A DNA stretch of 64,000 nucleotides from an uncultured virus (IMG/VR IMGVR_UViG_3300021256_000009) (taxonomy: Duplodnaviria; Heunggongvirae; Uroviricota; Caudoviricetes). Each line of letters starts with the position of its first letter. Positions within the stretch are counted from its first letter, which is position 1. A program made the translations under genes and the position numbers. The stretch lies in IMG/VR virus record IMGVR_UViG_3300021256_000009. One strand, given 5' to 3'. Positions 1-8,974 of the stretch are shown here, one piece after another. The notes under the pieces were generated by a model that did no database searches, was not told where the DNA came from, and was given only the letters and a program-made list of their open reading frames with translations.

Positions 1-1
1 C

Positions 2-226
2 TATGCCAGCGATGCACCGTCGGAGCGTCTCCCACAGACGCAGACCGGGATGGATAACTTCTACAAGATTCTGTCCTTCCACTCATGCAACGGAAATCAG
101 AGAGAGGTGTACGCATTCTACGGGGAAAATACTGCAACGGAAAGCCAGACAGTCCAATACCTTTTCACACTCTTCGAACTAAAGGCTTTCGGACTGAACT
201 GCGATAACGCATACATAACCGAATAG
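2..226 (+). CDS. 3' end of an upstream tail-region gene (partial)
   Basis: Open frame from window start (YASDAPSERL...AYITE*) ending TAG 3 nt before the next ATG. Confidence 0.7.
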   Translation, partial: YASDAPSERLPQTQTGMDNFYKILSFHSCNGNQREVYAFYGENTATESQTVQYLFTLFELKAFGLNCDNAYITE

Positions 227-229
227 ACC

Positions 230-1522
230 ATGGCACACAACGATACAACCGGAAGAATCTACATAGACACTTCGGTCACTCCGAATGTGGGCGTGTCCAT
301 CGCGGATATCCAGGCGGTACTTGGGAGCTCGCGGAATGACATCGGAGGGCTGATTACAACCGGAGCAATCAACAAGTGGGCGAAATACAAGCCTACGCGC
401 ATGAACGGGAATAATCCGGCGGAGTGGTGGAAGGGCGAAGTGAAGTCCATCTACGGGAGCGCAACGGGCGGATACACCTATGGTTTTTCGCTTTCTGAGT
501 ATTCTACGCTCGCCGCGATGAAAACCGCTATGGATGGCGGGAATTTCGGTTGGGTGTATGAAAAACCCCGTGGCGCGTCCTATGGAGCGAACGGAGAATA
601 CTTCCGCTTCTTGGATTTCAACGGATATATCAACAATGCGACCACTCCGTTCGACAGGTTCGGGTTGGCCGATGAGGAGTTCCCGACGATTGACACTTAT
701 CCGGCGTACCTTTATGTGGACTTCACGAGGACCGATGGGTCGCTCGGAGCCGGAGACTTCACTCTTTTTGATGATTGGTATTTCGGTGTTGCGGTTTACG
801 GAGGGGGAAGCGGACAACTTGTAGGCAAGGGCACTTCTTCGGTAGCTTTCGGCCAGCAATCAGATGCGGCGAGATGTGTGACGATGGAACTTCCGGTTAG
901 AGCGGTTGGACAATGCTACCTCTATCCGTTCTTCTCCTACAATCAAATCGCATGGTCGGATTCCGCCACCGAGCCGTCTGGGACTCAAAGATATATCCCG
1001 CTCCCGATAGGGCGCGAGACAATTACCGTAGTAAGTGGCGGGCTCTTGCGTGGACTCACTTTTGCATTCGGAATGACTGGAGGGCGCGTTGTTTTTGTCA
1101 CCTCGAGCAGAAGGCTGACGATTACATTCCCGGAGTTTTCTGCCACAAACACATCCAATTCTCAAAAGACGCTCTCGAATCCGAATATTCGCTACCAGGT
1201 CTATATCCAGAAGATTTCTGACTCCTCGTCTCATTGGCAAGGAGACATAACAACGATGTCCTTGTCCGGATCGACCGTGATTGCAGCCGGAGAAACGGCT
1301 ACCGTGTTCCCTTCAGGTACGAAAAAGGTGTTGAGTAACCCGTCTGGGACCGGGACGGTTGCCGGGGAATCCTCTACTATGACACTGGGCGACTTCTTGG
1401 CAAGCGCTGGCGGCTCTTTTGACTCGGACTACACCACGTCCATCTTAATGTACTATTGGGACCCCGACCATAGTGAGAACCTTTCTATGGAAGCGAATCC
1501 TCCATTTGTTTATCCTGCTTAA
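230..1522 (+). CDS. Putative tail/baseplate structural protein
   Basis: 430 aa, S/T/G-rich, beta-rich; N-terminal INKWAKYKP motif of the kind seen in Bacteroidota phage tail proteins; tail context. Confidence 0.6.
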   Translation: MAHNDTTGRIYIDTSVTPNVGVSIADIQAVLGSSRNDIGGLITTGAINKWAKYKPTRMNGNNPAEWWKGEVKSIYGSATGGYTYGFSLSEYSTLAAMKTAMDGGNFGWVYEKPRGASYGANGEYFRFLDFNGYINNATTPFDRFGLADEEFPTIDTYPAYLYVDFTRTDGSLGAGDFTLFDDWYFGVAVYGGGSGQLVGKGTSSVAFGQQSDAARCVTMELPVRAVGQCYLYPFFSYNQIAWSDSATEPSGTQRYIPLPIGRETITVVSGGLLRGLTFAFGMTGGRVVFVTSSRRLTITFPEFSATNTSNSQKTLSNPNIRYQVYIQKISDSSSHWQGDITTMSLSGSTVIAAGETATVFPSGTKKVLSNPSGTGTVAGESSTMTLGDFLASAGGSFDSDYTTSILMYYWDPDHSENLSMEANPPFVYPA

Positions 1523-1534
1523 TCAATTAACGAT

Positions 1535-1735
1535 ATGACAGAGTACAACAAAACAAACTTGATTCAAGGCGCGGTAATCCTCGCGGTGGCCGTGGTGCTT
1601 TTCTTCACCATCATCGGACTTACCTATTGTGTTTCCGCAGGAGCATGGTGGACCGTCCCCGTCCCGGTTGCGGCCATCGTGTATGCGGTCGTGGTGTTTA
1701 TTAAGAAATACTATCCAAAGAAGAAAAAGGATTAA
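1535..1735 (+). CDS. Small two-TM membrane protein
   Basis: Two hydrophobic stretches and a basic C-terminus. Confidence 0.7.
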   Translation: MTEYNKTNLIQGAVILAVAVVLFFTIIGLTYCVSAGAWWTVPVPVAAIVYAVVVFIKKYYPKKKKD

Positions 1736-1739
1736 ACCA

Positions 1740-2153
1740 ATGAAACTCAAACTCAAACTCATCGACCAGGTCGCCTGGATCCTCTCCGGGATTAAGATCA
1801 ACAGAATGGAAGACAAGGAGGCGAAGGCGGCACTCATGAAGGATTACCTGGCGCTCAGAAAAGCATGCAAGATTGCGCGGGAAGACAAGGAAGAAATCGT
1901 CAAAAAGTTCCAAGAGGACTGGAAGGACGAATTCGATGCCGTTAACAAGTGCCGGCGGTCGAACAAGCCTGTCGTTGGGCATGCCGACTATCTGGATGCC
2001 GAGAATGACGCTGAAAAGGCAATCTCGGATATCCTCTCAAGAGAGGTGGAGCTCGACATTGTGCCGGTCCCTTTTGACGCGTTTTCTGGCGCCTCGGATG
2101 AAATCACCCTGGAACAAATCGCCGTTCTGCAAGAAAGCGGGATTCTTAAATAA
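1740..2153 (+). CDS. Hypothetical helical protein
   Basis: ATG 1740 just after the previous stop; tight operon packing. Confidence 0.7.
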   Translation: MKLKLKLIDQVAWILSGIKINRMEDKEAKAALMKDYLALRKACKIAREDKEEIVKKFQEDWKDEFDAVNKCRRSNKPVVGHADYLDAENDAEKAISDILSREVELDIVPVPFDAFSGASDEITLEQIAVLQESGILK

Positions 2154-2161
2154 GAATAAAG

Positions 2162-2737
2162 ATGGCTGAAACAGACTACACCTCACGATTTTCAGGACCC
2201 GAGATAGACGCTAGACTTGCAAAGATCCCGACATTGGAATCTGAAGTGTCCGGAAAACAGGATGCGCTTCAGTCTGGCGTAAACATCAAAACGATCAACG
2301 GCCAACCCATCGTTGGCCCTGGAAATATTGATACTGGTGGCCAGATTACAGTTGATTCGGAATTATCCGAATCATCTACCAACCCGGTTCAGAACAAGGT
2401 AATCACTACCGCCCTTGCGGGGAAGCAAGCAACCCTTGTCGGTTCTGGAACGGGGCAGAACATCAAGACAATCAATAACGAGAGCATCCTCGGCCCGGGG
2501 AACATTAATGTCCAAGGCGGTCAAGACGGAGAGGACGGCGTCGGATTCGATGATGTCAGTACAAATCAGGACGGTACGATTGTGATTACCCTCACGAATG
2601 GAGACACGATTACGATCGATATAAACCACCAGCACCCGCAGTATCCAAAGTATGTGTATTGCTCATCCCAAGCCGCCTACGATGCAATCACTACGAAAGA
2701 GAGCGATACCTTGTACCTAATCCCTGAAACCTCGTAA
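2162..2737 (+). CDS. Tail/head fibre-like protein with NIKTIN repeats
   Basis: Two KQ..L.SG.NIKTIN...I.GPGNI repeats, DSELSESSTNPVQNKVI fibre repeat, C-terminal DTLYLI motif. Confidence 0.7.
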   Translation: MAETDYTSRFSGPEIDARLAKIPTLESEVSGKQDALQSGVNIKTINGQPIVGPGNIDTGGQITVDSELSESSTNPVQNKVITTALAGKQATLVGSGTGQNIKTINNESILGPGNINVQGGQDGEDGVGFDDVSTNQDGTIVITLTNGDTITIDINHQHPQYPKYVYCSSQAAYDAITTKESDTLYLIPETS

Positions 2738-2742
2738 AGACT

Positions 2743-3045
2743 ATGGAAGGAGCATTTATAGGAACAGAATTGAAATTCCGCATCGAAATCGAAGCGGGAG
2801 GTTTCTCTATGGTGGACGATGACTTCACCGTAACCATCAAGCGGGGGTCAAAACAGAAGGTGTTTGCGAAGGCAGACCTCGCACGGGACGGGGAAGATAA
2901 CTTCTATGTGTGCTTCGACTCTGCGGAGTTCGGTAGCGGGATGATTCAAGCGGTCGTTACCGCCTATGTCCCAGACACGGACTTCCCGGACGGATTGAGG
3001 ACGGAGGTGTACCTTATGGACTTGGTAAATGTAAGGAGAGTGTAA
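2743..3045 (+). CDS. Hypothetical beta-rich structural protein
   Basis: Operon packing within the fibre cluster. Confidence 0.7.
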   Translation: MEGAFIGTELKFRIEIEAGGFSMVDDDFTVTIKRGSKQKVFAKADLARDGEDNFYVCFDSAEFGSGMIQAVVTAYVPDTDFPDGLRTEVYLMDLVNVRRV

Positions 3046-3046
3046 G

Positions 3047-3346
3047 ATGGGTTGCTTGACCGTCACATACACGCGGCTCGGCGGTATCTCCGTTGGCGCG
3101 GAACGGGTGGGAGGAATATCCTGCTCGGCTACCCGCTTCGGGGGCGTGGACGCAACGGCACAAAGGGTCGGCGGTATTGACGCAAGCATGGAGAGAGTAG
3201 GAGGAATGACTTGTCGCTTCTCCCTTATCTGCTCCACGGGCATCGTCCCTCCGTACCTTGAAATCAATCCCGAAATCATCTGGGTTTACACTGATTGGTC
3301 GGCGCAGAACGAAGTCCTGTCCAACACAAGATGGAATGTTGATTAA
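3047..3346 (+). CDS. Repeat protein ending in the N-terminal half of a BACON-like domain
   Basis: Five 10-aa R-x-G-G repeats, then YLEINPEII...VLSNTRWNVD*. Confidence 0.7.
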   Translation: MGCLTVTYTRLGGISVGAERVGGISCSATRFGGVDATAQRVGGIDASMERVGGMTCRFSLICSTGIVPPYLEINPEIIWVYTDWSAQNEVLSNTRWNVD

Positions 3347-3366
3347 CTACTTAACAATAGAATACT

Positions 3367-3984
3367 ATGGCATACGCATCATGGGCAAACCCCAACAAAA
3401 CAAGTGGTAACGGTAATGATACCGTTTCGTGGTCCGCAACCGCCCACACCGGGCGAGAAGCGAGACAGACAACCGCGACCTTCGCCGCTTCCGGCGTTGA
3501 GAGCAAGACCCTTACTATCATCCAATCCGGCAAAACCGAGTTCGTGAGTTTCGATTCTGCAACCGCTTCCGTCGATAAGACCGGCGGAACCCTTACCATC
3601 ACGGGTAAATCCAACTCGTCCAAGCTGACCTTTGCGCTCACCGGGACGAATGGCATCGGCCTTACACTCCCCGCGAAGTACAAGGCAAACTCCGTCGATA
3701 CGAACAACGGAACGGCTATCACGGGCGACCCCGGCGCGGCACAGGAGTATGAGTTCTCCATCACCTTCACGGGTATTGACGAGAATACGACAATTGATCC
3801 CAAGGTATCGCAGTTGACGGTCACACCGAGCAGCGGCTCTTCCGCCGCGCAGACTTGCACCATCACTCAGGCCGCTGGCGACGCCTACCTCACCATCAGC
3901 CCGAACACCATCACGATTCCTGCGGCTGGTACTCCTGCACAGTCCGTCACCGTCACATCCAACACCAACTGGACTATCAGCTAA
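3367..3984 (+). CDS. BACON-like Ig-fold protein (half + full + half domain)
   Basis: W..P...SG.G...R...LTIIQ.G and YLTISP...VTSNTNWTIS motifs; very T/S-rich. Confidence 0.8.
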   Translation: MAYASWANPNKTSGNGNDTVSWSATAHTGREARQTTATFAASGVESKTLTIIQSGKTEFVSFDSATASVDKTGGTLTITGKSNSSKLTFALTGTNGIGLTLPAKYKANSVDTNNGTAITGDPGAAQEYEFSITFTGIDENTTIDPKVSQLTVTPSSGSSAAQTCTITQAAGDAYLTISPNTITIPAAGTPAQSVTVTSNTNWTIS

Positions 3985-4259
3985 TGACTACCCAGATAGG
4001 TTGGAACGACGGGACAGGAGAGAAGATATACCTCTCGTATTCGGCATCGGAGGGAAACCAAACGGTTACTATCACCTCCGATGCCCATACGGGGTATGTC
4101 GAGCGGACGAAGGACATTATCTTCTCCGCGACCGCAGGGAACACGACGATAAGCCGTACCCTCACCGTTGTCCAGCGAGGAAAGGACATCACCATCATCA
4201 CCCGCAACGACGTGGCTACGAAGGTCAATGAAGTCGCGGTTGGCTATGAACAACGATAA
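3984..4259 (+). CDS. Protein carrying the C-terminal half of a BACON-like domain
   Basis: TAATG overlap; GNQTVTITSDAHTG...R...LTVVQRG aligns with the N-terminus of 3367. Confidence 0.75.
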   Translation: MTTQIGWNDGTGEKIYLSYSASEGNQTVTITSDAHTGYVERTKDIIFSATAGNTTISRTLTVVQRGKDITIITRNDVATKVNEVAVGYEQR

Positions 4260-4262
4260 GAT

Positions 4263-4589
4263 ATGGCAGTAACATATAAGGACATAAACCAACTCACGCA
4301 GAAATCATCGGTTGCCGGGACGGAGAAAATCCCCGTCTCGGACACCGAGTTTCTTACGCCGGGGCAGATCGCTACCTACAAGCAAGTCCATTTGACTGAC
4401 GAGAGCGATATGCCAGCTTCGCCGGATGCTGATACTTTGTACTTGATTGATGATGACGGAATTGTTCCCGAGAACTCCAAGAACAAGGTAACGAGTTTAT
4501 CGGCATCTTCCACTCACACGCAATACCCTTCCGCGAAGTGTGTTTATGATTTGATTGGAAACGTCGAAACCCTTTTGGCCGCGTTGTGA
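4263..4589 (+). CDS. Fibre adaptor-like protein
   Basis: DADTLYLI motif, NKVTSLS...QYPSAKCVYD fibre repeat, C-terminal IGNVETLLAAL. Confidence 0.7.
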   Translation: MAVTYKDINQLTQKSSVAGTEKIPVSDTEFLTPGQIATYKQVHLTDESDMPASPDADTLYLIDDDGIVPENSKNKVTSLSASSTHTQYPSAKCVYDLIGNVETLLAAL

Positions 4590-4590
4590 T

Positions 4591-5358
4591 ATGAGCATAG
4601 CGAGTGAAATACAAAGGCTGCAAACAGACTCGGCCGCCATTGCATCTGCAATCTCTGCAAAAGGTGTAACTGTCCCGTCCGGCAGCGGATATGATGAATA
4701 TGCGTCGCTTATTGCAAGCATCCCGCAAGACGGAGGGGGCGGTTCTTCACTTCCATATACACCGCTCGAATATATCGAAACTGATGGTGAAGCATATATC
4801 AACTCCGGTGTTATCGCCAAAGAGCCGATGATATTCGATATGAAGGTAAAAATGAATGCGTCCTCTAATGGCGAAGTAGTCGTTGGAGTAGGTTATACTG
4901 ACGGTGCAAACACTACACTACATGGGTTATACCGTTCTTCTGGGCACTTGGATAAAATCGGATATGGATATTATTATATGTATTCGAGTATCCTTACACC
5001 GTCAAGTTTTAATAATCCGCTCCATATCAACACATGTTTACGAAACGGGAATTGTGTGATGGGGTATAAGGCGGATGGTGGCTCTTCTTTTATTTCTACC
5101 ACTAACAGTAGAACAAGGGCAGTAACGACAACTCTCCCTCTTTACATTTTCGCAACCAATGCCCAAGGTGTTGCTTCTGCCAAGTGTCCTTCTGGGACAA
5201 GAATTTATCACATGAAGATTTGTTGTGGTTCTTCGTTCCCGATGGTTGCCTTTGACGGCGTTCCTGCTTTGTATAATGGAGAATATGGATTGTGGGACAG
5301 AGTGAGTAATACATTCTTTGGAAACGCCGCCGATAGCGGGGCATTTACTGGCGCATGA
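4591..5358 (+). CDS. Putative receptor-binding/fibre tip protein, paralog 1
   Basis: N-terminal SIASEIQRL helix; LEYIETDG.AYIN and GLWDRVSNTFFGN motifs. Confidence 0.7.
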   Translation: MSIASEIQRLQTDSAAIASAISAKGVTVPSGSGYDEYASLIASIPQDGGGGSSLPYTPLEYIETDGEAYINSGVIAKEPMIFDMKVKMNASSNGEVVVGVGYTDGANTTLHGLYRSSGHLDKIGYGYYYMYSSILTPSSFNNPLHINTCLRNGNCVMGYKADGGSSFISTTNSRTRAVTTTLPLYIFATNAQGVASAKCPSGTRIYHMKICCGSSFPMVAFDGVPALYNGEYGLWDRVSNTFFGNAADSGAFTGA

Positions 5359-5369
5359 TTTATTGAAAT

Positions 5370-6104
5370 ATGATAAAGTTAGGAACAAATAACATCGGTA
5401 AAATTTACCTGGGCAGTAACCAGATCGGTAAAGCCTATTTGGGAAACAGTCTTGTGTATCAAAACGGACCAACTATCCCTGATGGCCCCGTCGAATACAT
5501 CGAGACGGACGGTGCTGCTTATATTAACACCGGAATTGTCGGCGAATGGCCGAAGTCCTGCGAAATGAAGGTGTTGATCGTAAACACGGACTTCGCTTGT
5601 TTCCTCGGCTCCAGGGTGGCCAATAACGGGATGCGTTTCCAACCCGTTATGAACATGAGCAATCGCGTCGACTTCGGTACGAGCAATTCGTATTACGCTG
5701 GCGTTGATATAACTGATTCCATTACAAACCGGACCCCGGTCCTTGTCCGCGCTTCGTTGAAAAAATCAACCGGTTCCTACATTTCCGCGAAGCAGGAGGG
5801 CGAGAGCGAATATACAAGCAAGAGCGGGACGGCTTACCCCGGCGGGTCCTCTCCGACAACCAACTTGAATATGTTCCTTTTTGCGCTGAACGACGGAGGT
5901 GTCGCAGCGGGATTTGAGCCGAACGGGACAAGACTCTATTATTGCAAGATTTACAGCGATGCCAATTTGACAACACTCATCTTTGACGGCGTTCCATGGC
6001 GTTACAATAAAAAGTACGGATTATGGGACAATGTGTCGAACTCATTCTTTGGCAACGCAAATAGTACCGGGGCTTTCTCCGGAGGACCTTCATTAACTCA
6101 ATAG
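5370..6104 (+). CDS. Putative receptor-binding/fibre tip protein, paralog 2
   Basis: N-terminal IKLG..IGKIYLG repeats; same EYIETDG and GLWD.VSN.FFGN motifs as 4591. Confidence 0.7.
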   Translation: MIKLGTNNIGKIYLGSNQIGKAYLGNSLVYQNGPTIPDGPVEYIETDGAAYINTGIVGEWPKSCEMKVLIVNTDFACFLGSRVANNGMRFQPVMNMSNRVDFGTSNSYYAGVDITDSITNRTPVLVRASLKKSTGSYISAKQEGESEYTSKSGTAYPGGSSPTTNLNMFLFALNDGGVAAGFEPNGTRLYYCKIYSDANLTTLIFDGVPWRYNKKYGLWDNVSNSFFGNANSTGAFSGGPSLTQ

Positions 6105-6109
6105 GATTC

Positions 6110-8374
6110 ATGGCAAACAAAACAGTATATCCTTACGGTACGGGAGGAAGCCTTCCGTCCAGTATCGGCCTGATTAACGACCTCAAGACAGGAGGTGTTG
6201 ACAAGGCGCTCGCCGCTGAGCAGGGCAAGGTTATCGGAGATATGCTATTCGGAGAAAAGAAATATCTGTCCGACAATATGTCACCCATGCCGGGATACGA
6301 CGGAAAGCAATTTAAGGCAAATTCCGCACAAATCGGGAAAGCGTTATCGTCCGTTCCGACTTATTCAGACGCGAATTGTCATAACTATCGCATACCAGTA
6401 GGCGGCGCATACAGCGTTACTTATAGGGTTTATACCTCCGGGTACGAGTACGGGTGTTTGTTCCTTGATAAAAACGATACTGTTGTAGGAGTCGTTTCAA
6501 TCCCCTCTGGGACTACGGAACCCATGAACACTATTAACGTACCCGATGAAGCAACATCCTTCATTTGGTCGTTCTATTCGTCATTAGAAGACCAAGGCGA
6601 GAGAGTATGCACGGTCTCGTTTGCCAAGCTGGATGAGATGGACGCCCGGATAACTGAACTTGAAGAAAAAGACGGTGATGTTGAATCGGCGAGTATCTTG
6701 TGTTCGGGAATATCACTCTCACTCAAAAACGGGAAACTTAATTCAAGCGGTACGCTGGTCTCTGGGGAATATCTTACCACGGAAACCATATTTGGCTCGT
6801 TCTTTATTAAATTCGCCGACGGGTGGAAGATGTACGAGGCACATCTTTATGACCGAAACGGAAACATGGTTTCCTACCAGCACATCCACCCGGATGTGTA
6901 CCACCAGACAGCGAGGGGAAACCGGGTATTCATGTCCACGGACAACATGGTTCCGGATTATGGCATGAGGATAACACTTTGCAAGTCGGACGGTAGCGCG
7001 ATTGAAGATGGGGCACAGCCAATTACTTGTTTCGTGCTTCTCTCCGACTCTGGCCTTCATCGTTGGATTCCGTCCGACCTTCCGAACTATGAGATTGCGC
7101 TTCGTAGGGTTAATTACATCGAACATTTGAGATGGACACCTCTTGCAAAAGTCCCTAACGGCTATCCAAGTACTGATTCAGCAACGGCTACAAATGTCGG
7201 TAATACATACTTCGACCTGGCTGGGCAGGTTGCTGTCGGCGTCCCTTATTCCGATGTCGCAGAAACGCGCACTTATGTTCCGAATAATGTATCGCTCCGC
7301 ACATTTATGACGGCGGTAAAAAATCGCCGGTCGCTACTTTATACGGAAGAACTGAACCAAAATGTCAGCAAATACGGCAAGACCTATACACGGGGGCATC
7401 GCCGTGCTTACTATGGCAATGTTTGTTGCGGGTTTATGGCTTGGGTGATGGGGATGGATACGATGTATCTTTCCGGTGACTTCGGCTCAAACAATATCCC
7501 AGGACTATCCACCGTTGCGTACAACAGCGTGGACGATCTGCGCCCTCTTGATTTTGTATGGCAAGACGGACATATCCAGATTATTTCCGACATCTGGAAG
7601 GATGAGTTCGGGAATGTGAAATACATCGGATGGGCGGAAATGTCCACGCCATATCCATATCGCGGACTGCTCACGCCTGAACTTTTCAACGAAAGACTGA
7701 CTGCTATTTCCGGGACCATCCACCGCTGGACCGGATGGGGAAACCTCACAGAGCCGGAGGATTCGGAGTATAGCCAGTATCTTCTCGGCCAGACAAGGAA
7801 AGAACCGGAATGGAGCGGAGATATCATGTGCTTCGCCGGGGATTACGCCGCCTTCGTGGAAGGGAACATCATCCACCTTAACGCAAGGCGTAACTCTGTC
7901 TATACGGGCGTGGAACTCTATAAGGACGATGTTTTGCTCCAGACGATAGACATCACCGGACTTACCGCAGACACCATCGTAACGCCTAATACCGAGGATT
8001 GGGTGGATGTCAACCTCACGCCCCTCAATCTCGCCTATGGTAAGTACAAGGCGAGGCTTACCAATGGCACTAATACCACCGATTACACCTACTTCGAGAT
8101 AATCGGGGTATCCATGTCGGCAACGAAGTCAGGGAACACTGTGACAGTTGCGTTCAGTTCGGCAAACGGAACCCCTGTATCCATCGAGCAGGTGAAAGAG
8201 AATGGATTCCCGAACTCTCCGAACAGCAAGATGCACGAGATTACTGCGGAGGAGGTCTCCGCCGGAACCATGACGCTGAACTGGGCCTACAATTCCACCT
8301 ACAAGTATCTGCTGATGCTTGTCAAGGGAGACTACGGAACGGTAGCGAAACGCATCTCGCATCCGTCTGCATAA
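6110..8374 (+). CDS. Large fibre/spike protein with possible NlpC/P60-like Cys-His domain
   Basis: INDLKTGG..KALAAEQGK fibre motif; YGNVCCGF...LRPLDFVWQDGHIQII. Confidence 0.6.
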   Translation: MANKTVYPYGTGGSLPSSIGLINDLKTGGVDKALAAEQGKVIGDMLFGEKKYLSDNMSPMPGYDGKQFKANSAQIGKALSSVPTYSDANCHNYRIPVGGAYSVTYRVYTSGYEYGCLFLDKNDTVVGVVSIPSGTTEPMNTINVPDEATSFIWSFYSSLEDQGERVCTVSFAKLDEMDARITELEEKDGDVESASILCSGISLSLKNGKLNSSGTLVSGEYLTTETIFGSFFIKFADGWKMYEAHLYDRNGNMVSYQHIHPDVYHQTARGNRVFMSTDNMVPDYGMRITLCKSDGSAIEDGAQPITCFVLLSDSGLHRWIPSDLPNYEIALRRVNYIEHLRWTPLAKVPNGYPSTDSATATNVGNTYFDLAGQVAVGVPYSDVAETRTYVPNNVSLRTFMTAVKNRRSLLYTEELNQNVSKYGKTYTRGHRRAYYGNVCCGFMAWVMGMDTMYLSGDFGSNNIPGLSTVAYNSVDDLRPLDFVWQDGHIQIISDIWKDEFGNVKYIGWAEMSTPYPYRGLLTPELFNERLTAISGTIHRWTGWGNLTEPEDSEYSQYLLGQTRKEPEWSGDIMCFAGDYAAFVEGNIIHLNARRNSVYTGVELYKDDVLLQTIDITGLTADTIVTPNTEDWVDVNLTPLNLAYGKYKARLTNGTNTTDYTYFEIIGVSMSATKSGNTVTVAFSSANGTPVSIEQVKENGFPNSPNSKMHEITAEEVSAGTMTLNWAYNSTYKYLLMLVKGDYGTVAKRISHPSA

Positions 8375-8444
8375 CCCATTAACTTTTAGCCATAACTGAC
8401 TGACTTAACCGTGGGCCTCCGGGGCCCCATAAAGAACAATTCAT

Positions 8445-8687
8445 ATGGACATTAAGACATTTTGCAAGCGTTTCATGCTTTGGACTGCGGTCATCGTGGC
8501 CGTAGTGATGCTCATCCTCGGACTGTGCTTCGGGAAGGTCATCGAGGAATCCCTTTTCGCGGAGATTGCGAAGTGGGTTGTGATGACCCTTTTCCTTATC
8601 GGCATCTTCGAGGTGTTCGCGTACACCTTGAGCCAGTTCACCTACCATCTGCTTTACGATGAGAAAGGGGAGCGGAAGAAGAAATGA
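8445..8687 (+). CDS. Small two-TM membrane protein
   Basis: Two hydrophobic helices; upstream of lysis genes. Confidence 0.65.
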   Translation: MDIKTFCKRFMLWTAVIVAVVMLILGLCFGKVIEESLFAEIAKWVVMTLFLIGIFEVFAYTLSQFTYHLLYDEKGERKKK

Positions 8688-8974
8688 AGTACCGAATCCT
8701 ATCCGACCGAGTAAAGCTGATTGACTCATACCTCATCTCCAAGAAGAAGATGGGGCGGGAGTTGCAATCCATCCGCAACCTCCATCCGGCTTGCCCGGTG
8801 TGGGGAAGGAGCGAGAAGTCCCTCATCCGCGAGTGGGGCGCTCACAACCTCGCCTATGCCATCGGCATCAGTCGTAACAAGACCGCCGATTGCGACCTGA
8901 ACTATGAGACCAGATGGTATCACAACCTCATCTATGGGGTGGTCGGGGCGATTGCCTTGTGGGTGATTAAATGA
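8684..8974 (+). CDS. Hypothetical protein
   Basis: ATGA overlap with previous gene. Confidence 0.7.
   Translation: MKYRILSDRVKLIDSYLISKKKMGRELQSIRNLHPACPVWGRSEKSLIREWGAHNLAYAIGISRNKTADCDLNYETRWYHNLIYGVVGAIALWVIK

Noticed and set aside
4591..6104. Diversity-generating retroelement TR/VR pair
   Set aside because: Paralog differences are not adenine-specific and no reverse transcriptase is present in the window.
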